A stretch of DNA of 64,000 bases from Dehalococcoidia bacterium (GCA_963665385.1 OY762213.1:1833211-1897210); one strand, 5' to 3'. Shown: positions 21,298 to 30,854, numbered from the stretch's first letter. Notes: generated by a model not told the origin, from the sequence alone. A program made the numbers and translations.

Positions 21298-21990
21298 CTA
21301 TCCCTTCAGAAAGTTCCAGAGGCGGGATAGTCCGCGCTGTCTATGAGCACGTGTCTCCTGTTCCTCCTCGGCTCCCGCTATGGCACTCGATGTGATACTC
21401 AACGGGGCAATGGCTTCAGTGGCCTTTTGTCCTGACACCGTCTTCATAGACTTGAAGAAGTCGTCAACGCCAATCTCCCCATCTTGAAATCTATGGACTT
21501 CTACCCGCGCTCCCTGCATAGCCCCCTCACGCGCCGCCTCAAAAACGTCCACCCAGATAGACGCCGGTGGCACCCAAGTGGACTTGGCAATCCCTAGTTT
21601 TCTGCCTGTCATGGAGGCCCACAGTCCCAAGTTTAAGGCTGCAAGTTCTGTCGCCATTGACTGAACAATCTTGTCCGGGATTCTGGAATGAAAGTTCTCC
21701 TTAATCTGTTGTCGCAGGCCTTTGTCGGTCAAAAGTTCTGGCAATTCACTGGCCATTGCGTCCGCAACTTTGCTGATACCGTCATTAATGACGACAGATC
21801 GCAGAGCAATGTCGTAAATGGGGAACCAAATGTCATGATTTTTCTCATCCAAGACGGCTCGGCCCGCCGGCGTTCCGCCAGTCTGTAAGTTCATTCCGTG
21901 GGCGTGGCCAGTCGAGAACGCAAATACTCCTAGAGCCGCCACAGCCTGTTGATGCGGCGTTATTTCAGTCTCGTCGCTATACGAAGCCAT
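21298..21990 (-). CDS. Hypothetical protein (231 aa), first gene of the low-GC HNH/J-domain island
   Basis: An ORF from MASYSDETE at 21990. The longer ORF-track version overlaps the upstream gene and is rejected. No recognisable motif, and GC is lower (about 48-52%) than the flanks. Confidence 0.5.
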   Translation of the reverse strand: MASYSDETEITPHQQAVAALGVFAFSTGHAHGMNLQTGGTPAGRAVLDEKNHDIWFPIYDIALRSVVINDGISKVADAMASELPELLTDKGLRQQIKENFHSRIPDKIVQSMATELAALNLGLWASMTGRKLGIAKSTWVPPASIWVDVFEAAREGAMQGARVEVHRFQDGEIGVDDFFKSMKTVSGQKATEAIAPLSITSSAIAGAEEEQETRAHRQRGLSRLWNFLKG

Positions 21991-22028
21991 CTTTCCTCGC
22001 TGCCTATGAATTACCCTTAGTTGTACTC

Positions 22029-23228
22029 CTAGCGCGGCAGCCCCAGTCCCCGCTGCGCGATGATGTTGCGCTGGATCTCCTTGGTGCCGCCCCCGAATGT
22101 GCGCCCTGTCGAAAGGTAGTGGTTCGCGCCGATGTACCCGCCGAGTGGCGACCATCGAGCCGGCCCGCCGGGGATGAGCGTGCCCATGTCCTGCATCAGG
22201 CGCGCGGCGGTGCGGAAAATCCGCTGCGTCGCTTCACCGGCCCAGACGCGGGCAAGTGATCCCTCCGCCTGCGGCATCTCACCTTTCGTCTGCATCCACG
22301 CGACTCGGTATGCGAGCATTCGCCCCAGCTCGATATAGACCCGCAGGTCTGCCATCTCATTTCGCACGATGGGATTTGAGGTGAACGGCTCGCCGTTCAT
22401 GTTCGTCGTCCGCAAGTAGTCGAGAACCTTCTCCCACTCACGGAGCAGGGATGCCGGGATGTCCACCGAAGCGCGCTCGAACGACAGCGTCGTCATGGCG
22501 GCGTACCACCCTCGGTTGAGTTCACCAACAAGATTGCGCGCCGGGATGCGCACGTCCTCAAGGAACCACTCCGACCAGCGTCGGCGTCCCAGCATGTCAT
22601 ACAGCGGCCGCAGGGAGATGCCCGGGGACTCCATGTCAATGAGGAAATAGGAGATGCCGCGATGCTTGGCGGCGTCCGGGTCCGTCCGCACAAGGATGTG
22701 CCCCCACTTGGCGCGGGGGTGATGGGCCGTTGACGTCCATATCTTTTGACCGTTGATCACGTAGTCGTCGCCGTCCGCGACGGCTCGCGTGGTGAGGGAC
22801 CCCAAGTCGGAGCCCGCGTTCGGTTCGGAGAATCCTTGCGCGAATTCAAACTCGCCATTGGCGAGGCGCGGGATGAAATACTCCTTCTGCCAGTCTTGAC
22901 CGTGGATCATGAGGAGAGGCGCGACGAGGCCGCCGCCAAGCGCGGACGGCGCGCCCTGGTAGGCCATCTCCTCGCGATAGACTAACTGCCGCTCAATGCC
23001 GGCGTCCTGTCCGCCAAACTCCTTCGGCCAGTGCATGGTCCACCAACCCTTTTGGACCAGTTTCTGCTCGAATTGGTGTTGGAGTTCGAGGGCGGCGTTG
23101 TCGTCGAGGTGCCATGACGTGTTCATCGTGGAGACGAGGTCATAGCCGCGGTCGTCCCACTCATTCTGGACGAACTCGCGAACCTCCTGCCGGAAGGCCT
23201 CATCCTCAGTAGAGAACCTGAAATCCAT
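22029..23228 (-). CDS. Acyl-CoA dehydrogenase-fold paralog (subfamily A)
   Basis: 399 aa, MDFRFSTEDEAFRQEVREF...FGGGTKEIQRNIIAQRGLGLPR. Confidence 0.85.
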   Translation of the reverse strand: MDFRFSTEDEAFRQEVREFVQNEWDDRGYDLVSTMNTSWHLDDNAALELQHQFEQKLVQKGWWTMHWPKEFGGQDAGIERQLVYREEMAYQGAPSALGGGLVAPLLMIHGQDWQKEYFIPRLANGEFEFAQGFSEPNAGSDLGSLTTRAVADGDDYVINGQKIWTSTAHHPRAKWGHILVRTDPDAAKHRGISYFLIDMESPGISLRPLYDMLGRRRWSEWFLEDVRIPARNLVGELNRGWYAAMTTLSFERASVDIPASLLREWEKVLDYLRTTNMNGEPFTSNPIVRNEMADLRVYIELGRMLAYRVAWMQTKGEMPQAEGSLARVWAGEATQRIFRTAARLMQDMGTLIPGGPARWSPLGGYIGANHYLSTGRTFGGGTKEIQRNIIAQRGLGLPR

Positions 23229-23330
23229 GACCTTTACCCCCTTGCCTCTCCGTCGCCTCGCAACGGTACGCGGTCATGATACAGCGCGCGGGCACAGTGT
23301 GCGTGAGCTATCTCACGTGAAGCACGTCCG

Positions 23331-23858
23331 TTAGCCGTCTTCAGTGGGAAAAGGGTCGTTCACGCTCCTCCGGCCTTGCAGTTCAGTTATCGAGACATCC
23401 GAGAAGGTCTTTCCGTTCCAGAGCGTCTTAACGTATGTCAGCACATCAATGATCTCTTGCCCCGTCAGCTTGTCTCTAAATGCTGGCATTCCGCTCTTGA
23501 AATCAGGCTGACTCGGAATTGCTCCGCCATCCCTCACGATCCGATATAGCAGTCCGTCGGAGTGGTGCCACGTGTGGCCGTCTCCATTCAGGGGTGGGGG
23601 GTTCAGCGTGCCGTCCGCGTTAGCGATTTGCCAGTCTGGATGACCCTGCCCCGCGGCCCCGTGGCACTCGGCGCAGTTTTCGGCGAACGTCTGCATTCCT
23701 GCCTGAATGAGAGTTGCGGAAGATGACTGCGTATCGCTATCCGGCGGGCCTTCCACAAAGCCGGTTGAGCAGCCCGCGCTGACGATGGCAAGAATAATCC
23801 CTACCAGAATTGAGCCCGTCGACATCCTTGCAGGAGTCCTGGGTCTTCTAGTCCACAC
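23331..23858 (-). CDS. Class I c-type cytochrome, probable lipoprotein
   Basis: A single heme-binding CAECHG (CxxCH). The N-terminal signal has Cys (ILAIVSAGCSTG) and there is a distal Met ligand region. The start may be the internal MSTGSIL at 23825. Confidence 0.75.
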   Translation of the reverse strand: MWTRRPRTPARMSTGSILVGIILAIVSAGCSTGFVEGPPDSDTQSSSATLIQAGMQTFAENCAECHGAAGQGHPDWQIANADGTLNPPPLNGDGHTWHHSDGLLYRIVRDGGAIPSQPDFKSGMPAFRDKLTGQEIIDVLTYVKTLWNGKTFSDVSITELQGRRSVNDPFPTEDG

Positions 23859-24017
23859 GGCAAGCGCTAGCTGTCATTGACCCTTTTTGACTTGTTTCTG
23901 TTCCAACTGATGCCGGAATACAAGTACGACGCGCTCATCATACAGCGCGCGGGCGAGGCGTGGGGAACGTCAATCTCGGGCCGGGCGCGTCCGTTAGCCG
24001 TCCTTAGCAGGAAAAGG

Positions 24018-25970
24018 CTATTCCTCCAGCGATCCGTCGGCGCAGAACGGAGCGCCAATTTGCCCATACGGGGGTGTGCTGCTGTAGGAAGAAAAAATCT
24101 GGCTCCTTATAGAGTCCGCTACGCATCCGGTGAGCGAGTTGCCGCCGAGTCTGAGGCGGCGCACGTAGGACATTCCGCTCAGGTCGGGTATGGGGCCGGT
24201 GAACTGATTATTCTGGAGGGTGACGACAATATAGGGCATGTCGCCGAACCAGTCGGGTATGTCGCCAGTCAGCTGGTTGTTTTCCAGAGCGACGGTATGC
24301 ACGAGGTTGGCGTTCTTGAGTTCGTCGGGGATCTTCCCGGTCAACCGGTTGTTCTGCAGGAAAAGACCGCCCAGTGCCTTGATGTTGCCCAACTCAGGAG
24401 GAATACTCCCGCTGAATTTGTTATCTGAAAGATGGAAGTGCTCGGTGTTCAGATTGCCGTATTCCGGAGGGATCGGACCGGTGAACTGGTTGTTGTTCAG
24501 GTGGATCCCCCACGCCTTGGTCAGGTTGCCCAGGCTGGCCGGAACACTTCCCGTCAGCCGGTTGTAGGACACGGACAGGTCAAAGAGGTTCGTCAGGTTG
24601 CCGATTTCGGACGGCACTCCTCCGGTCATGCCGGTTCTTTCGAGATTCAGCGTTACAAGCTCGGTCAGATTGCCTAGCACTGCGGGAATCGTGCCAGTTA
24701 GATTGTCATGGCCAAGTTCCAGGTTGACCACGCGTCGCGGATCACCACCAATTGTGACGCCGTGCCAAGCTCCGAGGGCAGTCTCCGCGTTCCACGTTGC
24801 CAGAGCGTTGCCCGCCGGGTTCAGCACATCCCTGGCCGCCCACAGGGCCCCGCAGTCGGCAACTAGTTCAGGCTTGTCGTCCGGGTTGCGGATGATAACG
24901 CCGTTGTCACACGGGGTCGTGATCTGGATTCGTATGGACTTTCCCGGCCCGCAGTCATCGCCCTCACAGGCATACACCTTTGCCACCCACTTGCCGAAGT
25001 GCGGCACCAGGACGCTGGCACTTGATGCCTTTACGGTTACACCCTCGTTCAGCTGCGTGCCGGGCGCATCCTCACGCCAACGCACCAGGTAGGAGTCCGC
25101 TCCATCTACATCGTCCCAGTCCAGCGACACGTCCAGTGAGCCGACCTCGGTACTTGCCTGCAATGCAGAGGGCTTGGCCGGCGCCAGGTCTACCTGGAAC
25201 ACTTTCAGTTCGCTCTCTCCGCAGTTGTCACCGTCACAAGCCTTCACGCTCACGGTCCACGTGCCGTCACGATCGACCGTAAAAGCCGCACTCGAGGACC
25301 GGACATCCTTCTGGCCGTGAAGCCGTATGTCCCCAATTTTTCGCCAATAGACCGAGTACCGGGTTGCGCCGCCTACGTCGTCCCAGTCCAACGTCACGTC
25401 TAGCGAGGCGGGACTGGTAGTGACCTGGAGCCCTGTGGGTTTGGCCGGGACTGGCTCCAGGATAGGTGTAGGTATCAGTAAAGGTAGCCTTGATATTGGC
25501 TTGGGAGGAGGCTCGGGCGTGGGTGCAGGCGTGGCTACGGGTGTCGATTCGGGCGCTGAGCGAACCGCGATGCGCTTGGCGGCGGGTCTTCCGCAGCCCG
25601 CGTCATTGCAAGCTTGGACCCGCACCACCCATTCGCCGTAATCGTCCACGGCAACTGAGGCCGCGGAAGATCTTATGGTGATCCCTTCGTTCAGCCGGTT
25701 GCCCGGTCCTGCCACCCGCCAGCGCACTCGATATTCCGATGCCCCGTCAACGTCGTTCCAGTCCACCGACACATTCAGCGAGCCGACCGTAGCAGTATCC
25801 TGCAACCCTGTCGGCCTGGCCGGAGGTTGTATTCCTTCCTCAGCCCCGGCGGGATTGTCACTCCAGATCAAGGCCGCGGCGGCGAAAAGGACTAGTAGCA
25901 GCGCGGCAAGGCAATACGGCAGCCATCGGCGCATCAACCTGATGCGTGCGTATGAGACGGGACGACTCAC
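24018..25970 (-). CDS. Secreted/membrane-anchored protein with three fibronectin-III-like repeats and a plant-type leucine-rich-repeat (LRR) domain
   Basis: An N-terminal hydrophobic helix. Three roughly 90-aa repeats (PAKPTGLQ...SLDV(T/S)(L/V)DWDDV(D/G)GA..Y.V.WR...). Then 8-9 tandem 24-aa LRRs of consensus LxxLxLxxNxLTGxIPxxLGNL, and a C-terminal Cys pair. Confidence 0.8.
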   Translation of the reverse strand: MSRPVSYARIRLMRRWLPYCLAALLLVLFAAAALIWSDNPAGAEEGIQPPARPTGLQDTATVGSLNVSVDWNDVDGASEYRVRWRVAGPGNRLNEGITIRSSAASVAVDDYGEWVVRVQACNDAGCGRPAAKRIAVRSAPESTPVATPAPTPEPPPKPISRLPLLIPTPILEPVPAKPTGLQVTTSPASLDVTLDWDDVGGATRYSVYWRKIGDIRLHGQKDVRSSSAAFTVDRDGTWTVSVKACDGDNCGESELKVFQVDLAPAKPSALQASTEVGSLDVSLDWDDVDGADSYLVRWREDAPGTQLNEGVTVKASSASVLVPHFGKWVAKVYACEGDDCGPGKSIRIQITTPCDNGVIIRNPDDKPELVADCGALWAARDVLNPAGNALATWNAETALGAWHGVTIGGDPRRVVNLELGHDNLTGTIPAVLGNLTELVTLNLERTGMTGGVPSEIGNLTNLFDLSVSYNRLTGSVPASLGNLTKAWGIHLNNNQFTGPIPPEYGNLNTEHFHLSDNKFSGSIPPELGNIKALGGLFLQNNRLTGKIPDELKNANLVHTVALENNQLTGDIPDWFGDMPYIVVTLQNNQFTGPIPDLSGMSYVRRLRLGGNSLTGCVADSIRSQIFSSYSSTPPYGQIGAPFCADGSLEE

Positions 25971-26379
25971 GCCGTCAGCCCCTGTATCGGGATGCTCGAG
26001 TTAAGTCGACATAAAGTGGGGGGGGTAGAACTAACGCATCGATATCGACGCCAAGGGAGCAGCACGCGCCAAGCGAGTGCGCCGCAGCGGCCGCCACCGG
26101 AGTCCATGCCGTTGTCTGTTCAGGCTCTCGTCGTACGAAACCCATTCAGACGCCTTCCACTTCGTGCAGTTACTCTCCAGCGAATTTACCACAGGTTATA
26201 TGTCTATTACGTAACTTTTACAGATATTTGTATAACTTATTGTAACGTTTCGCCGATTGCGGCCCAATTGATACTTCCGATGCCGGTTCCCACCGAGGTC
26301 GCGAGACTTACCAACGGGATCAGCGAGGCCGACTTATGCAGAAGCTGTAGTAAGTTTCCTAATCGACACGTCGGAGAAA

Positions 26380-28068
26380 CTAACTGTCAAGCAAACCCTC
26401 TTGAGGCATCGTCCAGGGCGGCTGCATCTGGCCTCTGAACATCTTGGCGCGGGGCAGCGCCAAGTCGGTCAACGGCACGTCGATTACGACCGGCTCATTG
26501 CGCGACAGGGCCTCAGGCAACAGCGTTTCAAGGTCCTCCGGACTCGTCGCCCTTATTCCCACAGCTCCGAATGATTCCGCAAATTTGACGATGTCGGGGT
26601 TCTTCAGCTCAGTGCCGTACGCGCCGCCGAAGTAGTTATCGAGATCGCGCGCGACGTTGCCGTATGAGTCATCCCGGAAAACCACCGTGACGATGTTGAT
26701 GCCATACTGCACGGCGGTTGCCAACTCTGTCGCGTTGAACATGAATCCGCCGTCCCCGCTCACACACAGGACGGGCGCATCCGGACGCGCCACTTTGATG
26801 CCCATGGCCGTTGGGAACGCATACCCCAGGTTGAAGGAATAGCCGGAATCGATGTATGTCTTTGGGCGATTAACCCGGTAGTGCGACCGCGCGTAGTAGC
26901 CAAATTGGGTGACGTCCCAGGCAATAACGGTCTCCTCGGGCAAGGTATTCCACATCATTTCCATGATGGGATATTGCGGCTCTGTATCACGAATGTCGTA
27001 GTAGGCGATGAGCCTCTTCGTGACTTCGACGGCCTCTTCGGGGGATGGGCGGTCCGCCGCTCCCGCCTCCGCAAGCAGCGGCAGCAGCGCCTCAATCGTT
27101 GCGCCCGCGTCTCCGTGTAGGGGAATCGTATTCGACTGAACCCGAGTCAACTCTGAATCGTCGATATTGATATTGATTAGTGTGGAGGTTTCTCCGGCGG
27201 GATTGCCCATAGAGAAACGCGCTCCAATCCCGATGACGACATCGGCGGAGGCCAGGACCTCATAGATCTGGTTCATCTCATCCATCTCGGCGCGCGGGCC
27301 GAAGCACGAGCCGTACGAAAAGGGATGGTCGTCAGGAATCGTCCCTTTCCCGCCGCTCGACGTCACAACCGGGATATTCGTCGCCTCCGCAAGACGAACG
27401 AGCGCATCTTCCGCATTGGACTGCGCAACGCCTCCACCGGCGTAGATGATTGGCAGACGCGAATCCATCATCACCCGAACGGCCCTGCGCAGGTCATCCA
27501 CACTGGGCACAATATGTGACACCGGAGCGGGCTCGCGGAGGACAACATCTTCGCGCTCAACGCCCGTTTCCGGCGACATCTCGATGAGGACGGGTCGCGG
27601 GCGGCCTGTTCGCATCTGTCGAAATGCCTCGGTGACGGCATCCGGCGCCTCGCGAGGTCGCAGTACATGGCGACGCCACTTGGTTACAGGACGGACCACT
27701 TCGGCCTGATCAAGGACTTCATGAACCGCGCCGATTCCCTTGCCAATCTGTGCTCGGGGGATCTGCCCGACAATCGCAAGAATCGGCGAGGATCGAGCGT
27801 ATGCGGTTGCGAAGGCAGAGGCGGCGTTGTAGAGTCCCGCGCCTGGCACGAGGAGCACGACCCCAGGCTTACCCGATACACGAGCATAGCCGTCCGCCAT
27901 ATGGGTGGCTCCCTGCTCATGTCGGGTCGTTATCAGCCGAATGGATGGCTCATCTCGCAGGGCGGCCACGATCCCGGACATGTGAATGCCGGGAATCCCA
28001 AATACAACCTCGACGCCCTCTCGAACTAGAGATGCAACAAGAGCTTCGCCGCCGCTCATTACTGTCAT
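26380..28068 (-). CDS. Thiamine-pyrophosphate-dependent enzyme (acetolactate synthase large subunit / benzoylformate decarboxylase-like)
   Basis: 562 aa. The N-terminal TPP-pyrimidine domain reads EALVASLVREGVEVVFGIPG. A central domain follows, then the C-terminal TPP-binding GDGGFMFN motif. Confidence 0.85.
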   Translation of the reverse strand: MTVMSGGEALVASLVREGVEVVFGIPGIHMSGIVAALRDEPSIRLITTRHEQGATHMADGYARVSGKPGVVLLVPGAGLYNAASAFATAYARSSPILAIVGQIPRAQIGKGIGAVHEVLDQAEVVRPVTKWRRHVLRPREAPDAVTEAFRQMRTGRPRPVLIEMSPETGVEREDVVLREPAPVSHIVPSVDDLRRAVRVMMDSRLPIIYAGGGVAQSNAEDALVRLAEATNIPVVTSSGGKGTIPDDHPFSYGSCFGPRAEMDEMNQIYEVLASADVVIGIGARFSMGNPAGETSTLININIDDSELTRVQSNTIPLHGDAGATIEALLPLLAEAGAADRPSPEEAVEVTKRLIAYYDIRDTEPQYPIMEMMWNTLPEETVIAWDVTQFGYYARSHYRVNRPKTYIDSGYSFNLGYAFPTAMGIKVARPDAPVLCVSGDGGFMFNATELATAVQYGINIVTVVFRDDSYGNVARDLDNYFGGAYGTELKNPDIVKFAESFGAVGIRATSPEDLETLLPEALSRNEPVVIDVPLTDLALPRAKMFRGQMQPPWTMPQEGLLDS

Positions 28069-28237
28069 GGCTTGCCTCTCCCGACCATCCGGTTTCCCAT
28101 GGACGATTCAACGTGATCCCGGTTCACTTTGTCTGAATAACGTTGATATTTGCACACCTCGCCCGCAGTGGGCAAAAAGGAGATAGGGGCGGCTTGGCCG
28201 CCCCTATCGTTACGATTCCAGTTGAATGAGCCGGCAG

Positions 28238-29443
28238 CTACCGGGGAAGCCCGAGACCACGCTGAGCAATCAGGCCGGGCGCAAGAAGGATGCCACCCCC
28301 GCCCGCGTAGCCCGTCACCATGGACAGCGCGTAGTTCGTGCCGTACATGCCGTTGTCCGGGGAGCGCTTCTCGCCCTGGAGCAGGGCGCGGTAGGGCCCC
28401 ATGATGTGCGCCAGGGCAGGCCAGAAATTGAACTTCGCCATCATTGAGGAGTACAGGTTGGCGATCAGGCTCTCCGACTGCGGCACTTCGCCCTTGGACT
28501 GCAGCCAGATGAGGCGCAGGGAGAGCATGCGTCCGGTCTCAACCCGAATGCGCAGGTCTGCAAGCTGATGGCGGACGTGCGGATCGTTAAGCACCGGTTC
28601 GCCGTTGAACTTGAGGTCCTTCGCCATATCGAGGAACTTCTCCAGCACGGCGACATTTCTCGCGCCCGTGCCGCCCGCGCGCTCAAAGTTGAGCGTGGTC
28701 ATGGCGGCGTACCAGCCACGGTTGACCTCGCCGATGACCTGGCGCTTGGGAACTCGGACCTCATCCATGAAGACCTCATTCCAGCGGCGGCGGCCGAACA
28801 TGTCATAGAGCGGTCGGAGAGTAATTCCGGGCATCTGCGCGCCATCATCGTCCTTCAACTGCATGATCAGGTACGTGATGCCGCGATGCTTGGGCGCGGA
28901 CGGATCCGTGCGCGTTAGGACGTGATACCAGTTGGCGTAGTGGGAGCCGGATGACCAAATCTTCTGGCCGGTGACAACGAAATCATCACCGTCCTCGACA
29001 GCGCGGGTGGTCAAGCTGGCAAGGTCTGTTCCTGCGTTCGGCTCAGAGAACCCCTGCGCCCAGTCAATATCATTCGTGGCCATCTTGGGGAGAAACTCAT
29101 TCTTGATGGACTCTTCGGCGTGGTACATCATCGCGCCGGTGATGTTGGCGCTGGGGCTGCCCTGCGGAGCGCCCGCATAGGCAAGCTCGTCCGCATAGAT
29201 CACCTGCCGGGACAACGGAAGGCCCTGCCCGCCATACTCCTCCGGCCACGCCATCGTCCAGTAGCCCTTCTCAACCAGCTTCTTCTGGAACGCCTTTGCG
29301 TCCTCGCGGTACTCGGCACTGTCAAAGTCATAGCCGAAGACGTTGAGGTCCGTGTTGTAGTCCTTCGCGTCCCATTCGCGTCGCACAAATTCTCGAATTT
29401 CCTGTCGAAATGCCTCATCTTCCGGTGCAAACGTGAAATCCAT
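28238..29443 (-). CDS. Acyl-CoA dehydrogenase-fold paralog (subfamily B)
   Basis: About 401 aa from MDFTFAPEDEAFRQEIREF at 29443. It ends GYAGGGGILLAPGLIAQRGLGLPR. Confidence 0.85.
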   Translation of the reverse strand: MDFTFAPEDEAFRQEIREFVRREWDAKDYNTDLNVFGYDFDSAEYREDAKAFQKKLVEKGYWTMAWPEEYGGQGLPLSRQVIYADELAYAGAPQGSPSANITGAMMYHAEESIKNEFLPKMATNDIDWAQGFSEPNAGTDLASLTTRAVEDGDDFVVTGQKIWSSGSHYANWYHVLTRTDPSAPKHRGITYLIMQLKDDDGAQMPGITLRPLYDMFGRRRWNEVFMDEVRVPKRQVIGEVNRGWYAAMTTLNFERAGGTGARNVAVLEKFLDMAKDLKFNGEPVLNDPHVRHQLADLRIRVETGRMLSLRLIWLQSKGEVPQSESLIANLYSSMMAKFNFWPALAHIMGPYRALLQGEKRSPDNGMYGTNYALSMVTGYAGGGGILLAPGLIAQRGLGLPR

Positions 29444-29666
29444 TGTTGTCTGTCTCCCCACTGGCGCGCGTCCCAAAAGCGCCGTCACTTGCTAACCGCC
29501 TAATGCGAAATCCTACTTGTTCCCAATCGGTGTCAGCATACCACGCGAACCATCGTGAAACGTCAGCGGGAACGGGCGAATATGGGTCGGGCTAGACAGC
29601 GCGCTCACCTACAGATGCTCAGACTATTTGCGGTCTAGTTATCCAGGCGGCTGTGGGGGAGATGGG

Positions 29667-30854
29667 CTACCGCGGAAGGCCGAGCGCCCGCTGCGCGATG
29701 ATGTTCTTTTGCACTTCTCGCGTGCCGCCGCCGATGCTAAGTCCCGTTGCGAGGATGGAGTTCACACCCATGAATCGGCCCGCCGGCGACCATTTGTCCT
29801 CCGGGCGCAGCTGTCCGTAGTCATTTAAGATAGATGCGATTCCCCGGTAGATGCCCTGATGCAGCGTGTCTCCCCACAGCTTGGTCTGAGACGACTCCTT
29901 GACGGGAATTTCCCCTCGCGTCTGCATCCACGCCACTCGATAGGAGATCATGCGCGCCACTTCAATCTGCAGGCGCATGTCGGCCAGGATGTGCCTAACG
30001 CGCACGTCATCAAGCAGCGGCTGCCCGTTCACCCTGGCGTCCCGCGCGTAGTCTATGAACTCCTCAACGGTACGCAGCATCCGCGCGGGACCGCCGATGT
30101 TGGAACGCTCAAACGACAAGTGCGTCATAGTCGCGTACCAGCCGCGGTTAACCTCGCCAACCATGTTGCGCTTGGGCACACGAACCTCATCCATGAAGAC
30201 CTCGCTCCAGCGGCGGCGTCCCAACATGTCATACAACGGACGAAGGATGATGCCCGGGGATTTCATGTCGATGATGAGGTATGTCAGGCCGCGGTGTTTC
30301 GCCGCCTCGGGGTCCGTCCGGACAAGCGCCTGTCCGTAATCGGCCATCTCCGCCATGGACGTCCAAATCTTCTGGCCCGTGACGACGAAATCGTCGCCGT
30401 CTTCCACGGCCCGCGTCTGAACGCTCGCAAGGTCTGAGCCCGCGCCGGGCTCGGACAGCAATCGGCAGAACTCGATCTCGGCGGTGGCGTAATGGGGCAG
30501 TAAGTTGTCGCGGTGCCATTCATTGCCGTGGTACATCAGGACGGGTCCCACGAGGTCACTTGCGCCGGATGAGGGCGCGCCCCAATAGGCCATCTCCTCG
30601 CGGTAAATGAGCTGGCGGGAGATGGGCGCGCCCATTCCACCAAATTGTTCCGGCCAATGCAGTGTCCACCAACCCTTATCGGCCAGTTTGAGCTGCCATT
30701 CCTTGATGAGGTCTATCGCCTCGTGGGTGTGGAGATCATAAGACGCGATGGACGCGCCAACGGAGTCGTAGCCTTTGGGATCCCATTCGGCGTTGACGAA
30801 TTCCCTTACTTCCTGACGAAACGCTTCGTCTTCTTGAGAAAATCGGAAATCCAT
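29667..30854 (-). CDS. Acyl-CoA dehydrogenase-fold paralog (subfamily A)
   Basis: 395 aa, MDFRFSQEDEAFRQEVREF...IGGGTREVQKNIIAQRALGLPR. It lies in tandem with the subfamily B gene downstream. Confidence 0.85.
   Translation of the reverse strand: MDFRFSQEDEAFRQEVREFVNAEWDPKGYDSVGASIASYDLHTHEAIDLIKEWQLKLADKGWWTLHWPEQFGGMGAPISRQLIYREEMAYWGAPSSGASDLVGPVLMYHGNEWHRDNLLPHYATAEIEFCRLLSEPGAGSDLASVQTRAVEDGDDFVVTGQKIWTSMAEMADYGQALVRTDPEAAKHRGLTYLIIDMKSPGIILRPLYDMLGRRRWSEVFMDEVRVPKRNMVGEVNRGWYATMTHLSFERSNIGGPARMLRTVEEFIDYARDARVNGQPLLDDVRVRHILADMRLQIEVARMISYRVAWMQTRGEIPVKESSQTKLWGDTLHQGIYRGIASILNDYGQLRPEDKWSPAGRFMGVNSILATGLSIGGGTREVQKNIIAQRALGLPR

Noticed and set aside
21991-22155. N-terminal extension of ORF 21298..22155 overlapping the ACAD gene at 22029
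   Set aside because: The extension (MVATRRVHRREP...) is basic junk overlapping the neighbouring gene's 3' end. The start was reassigned to MASYSD at 21990.
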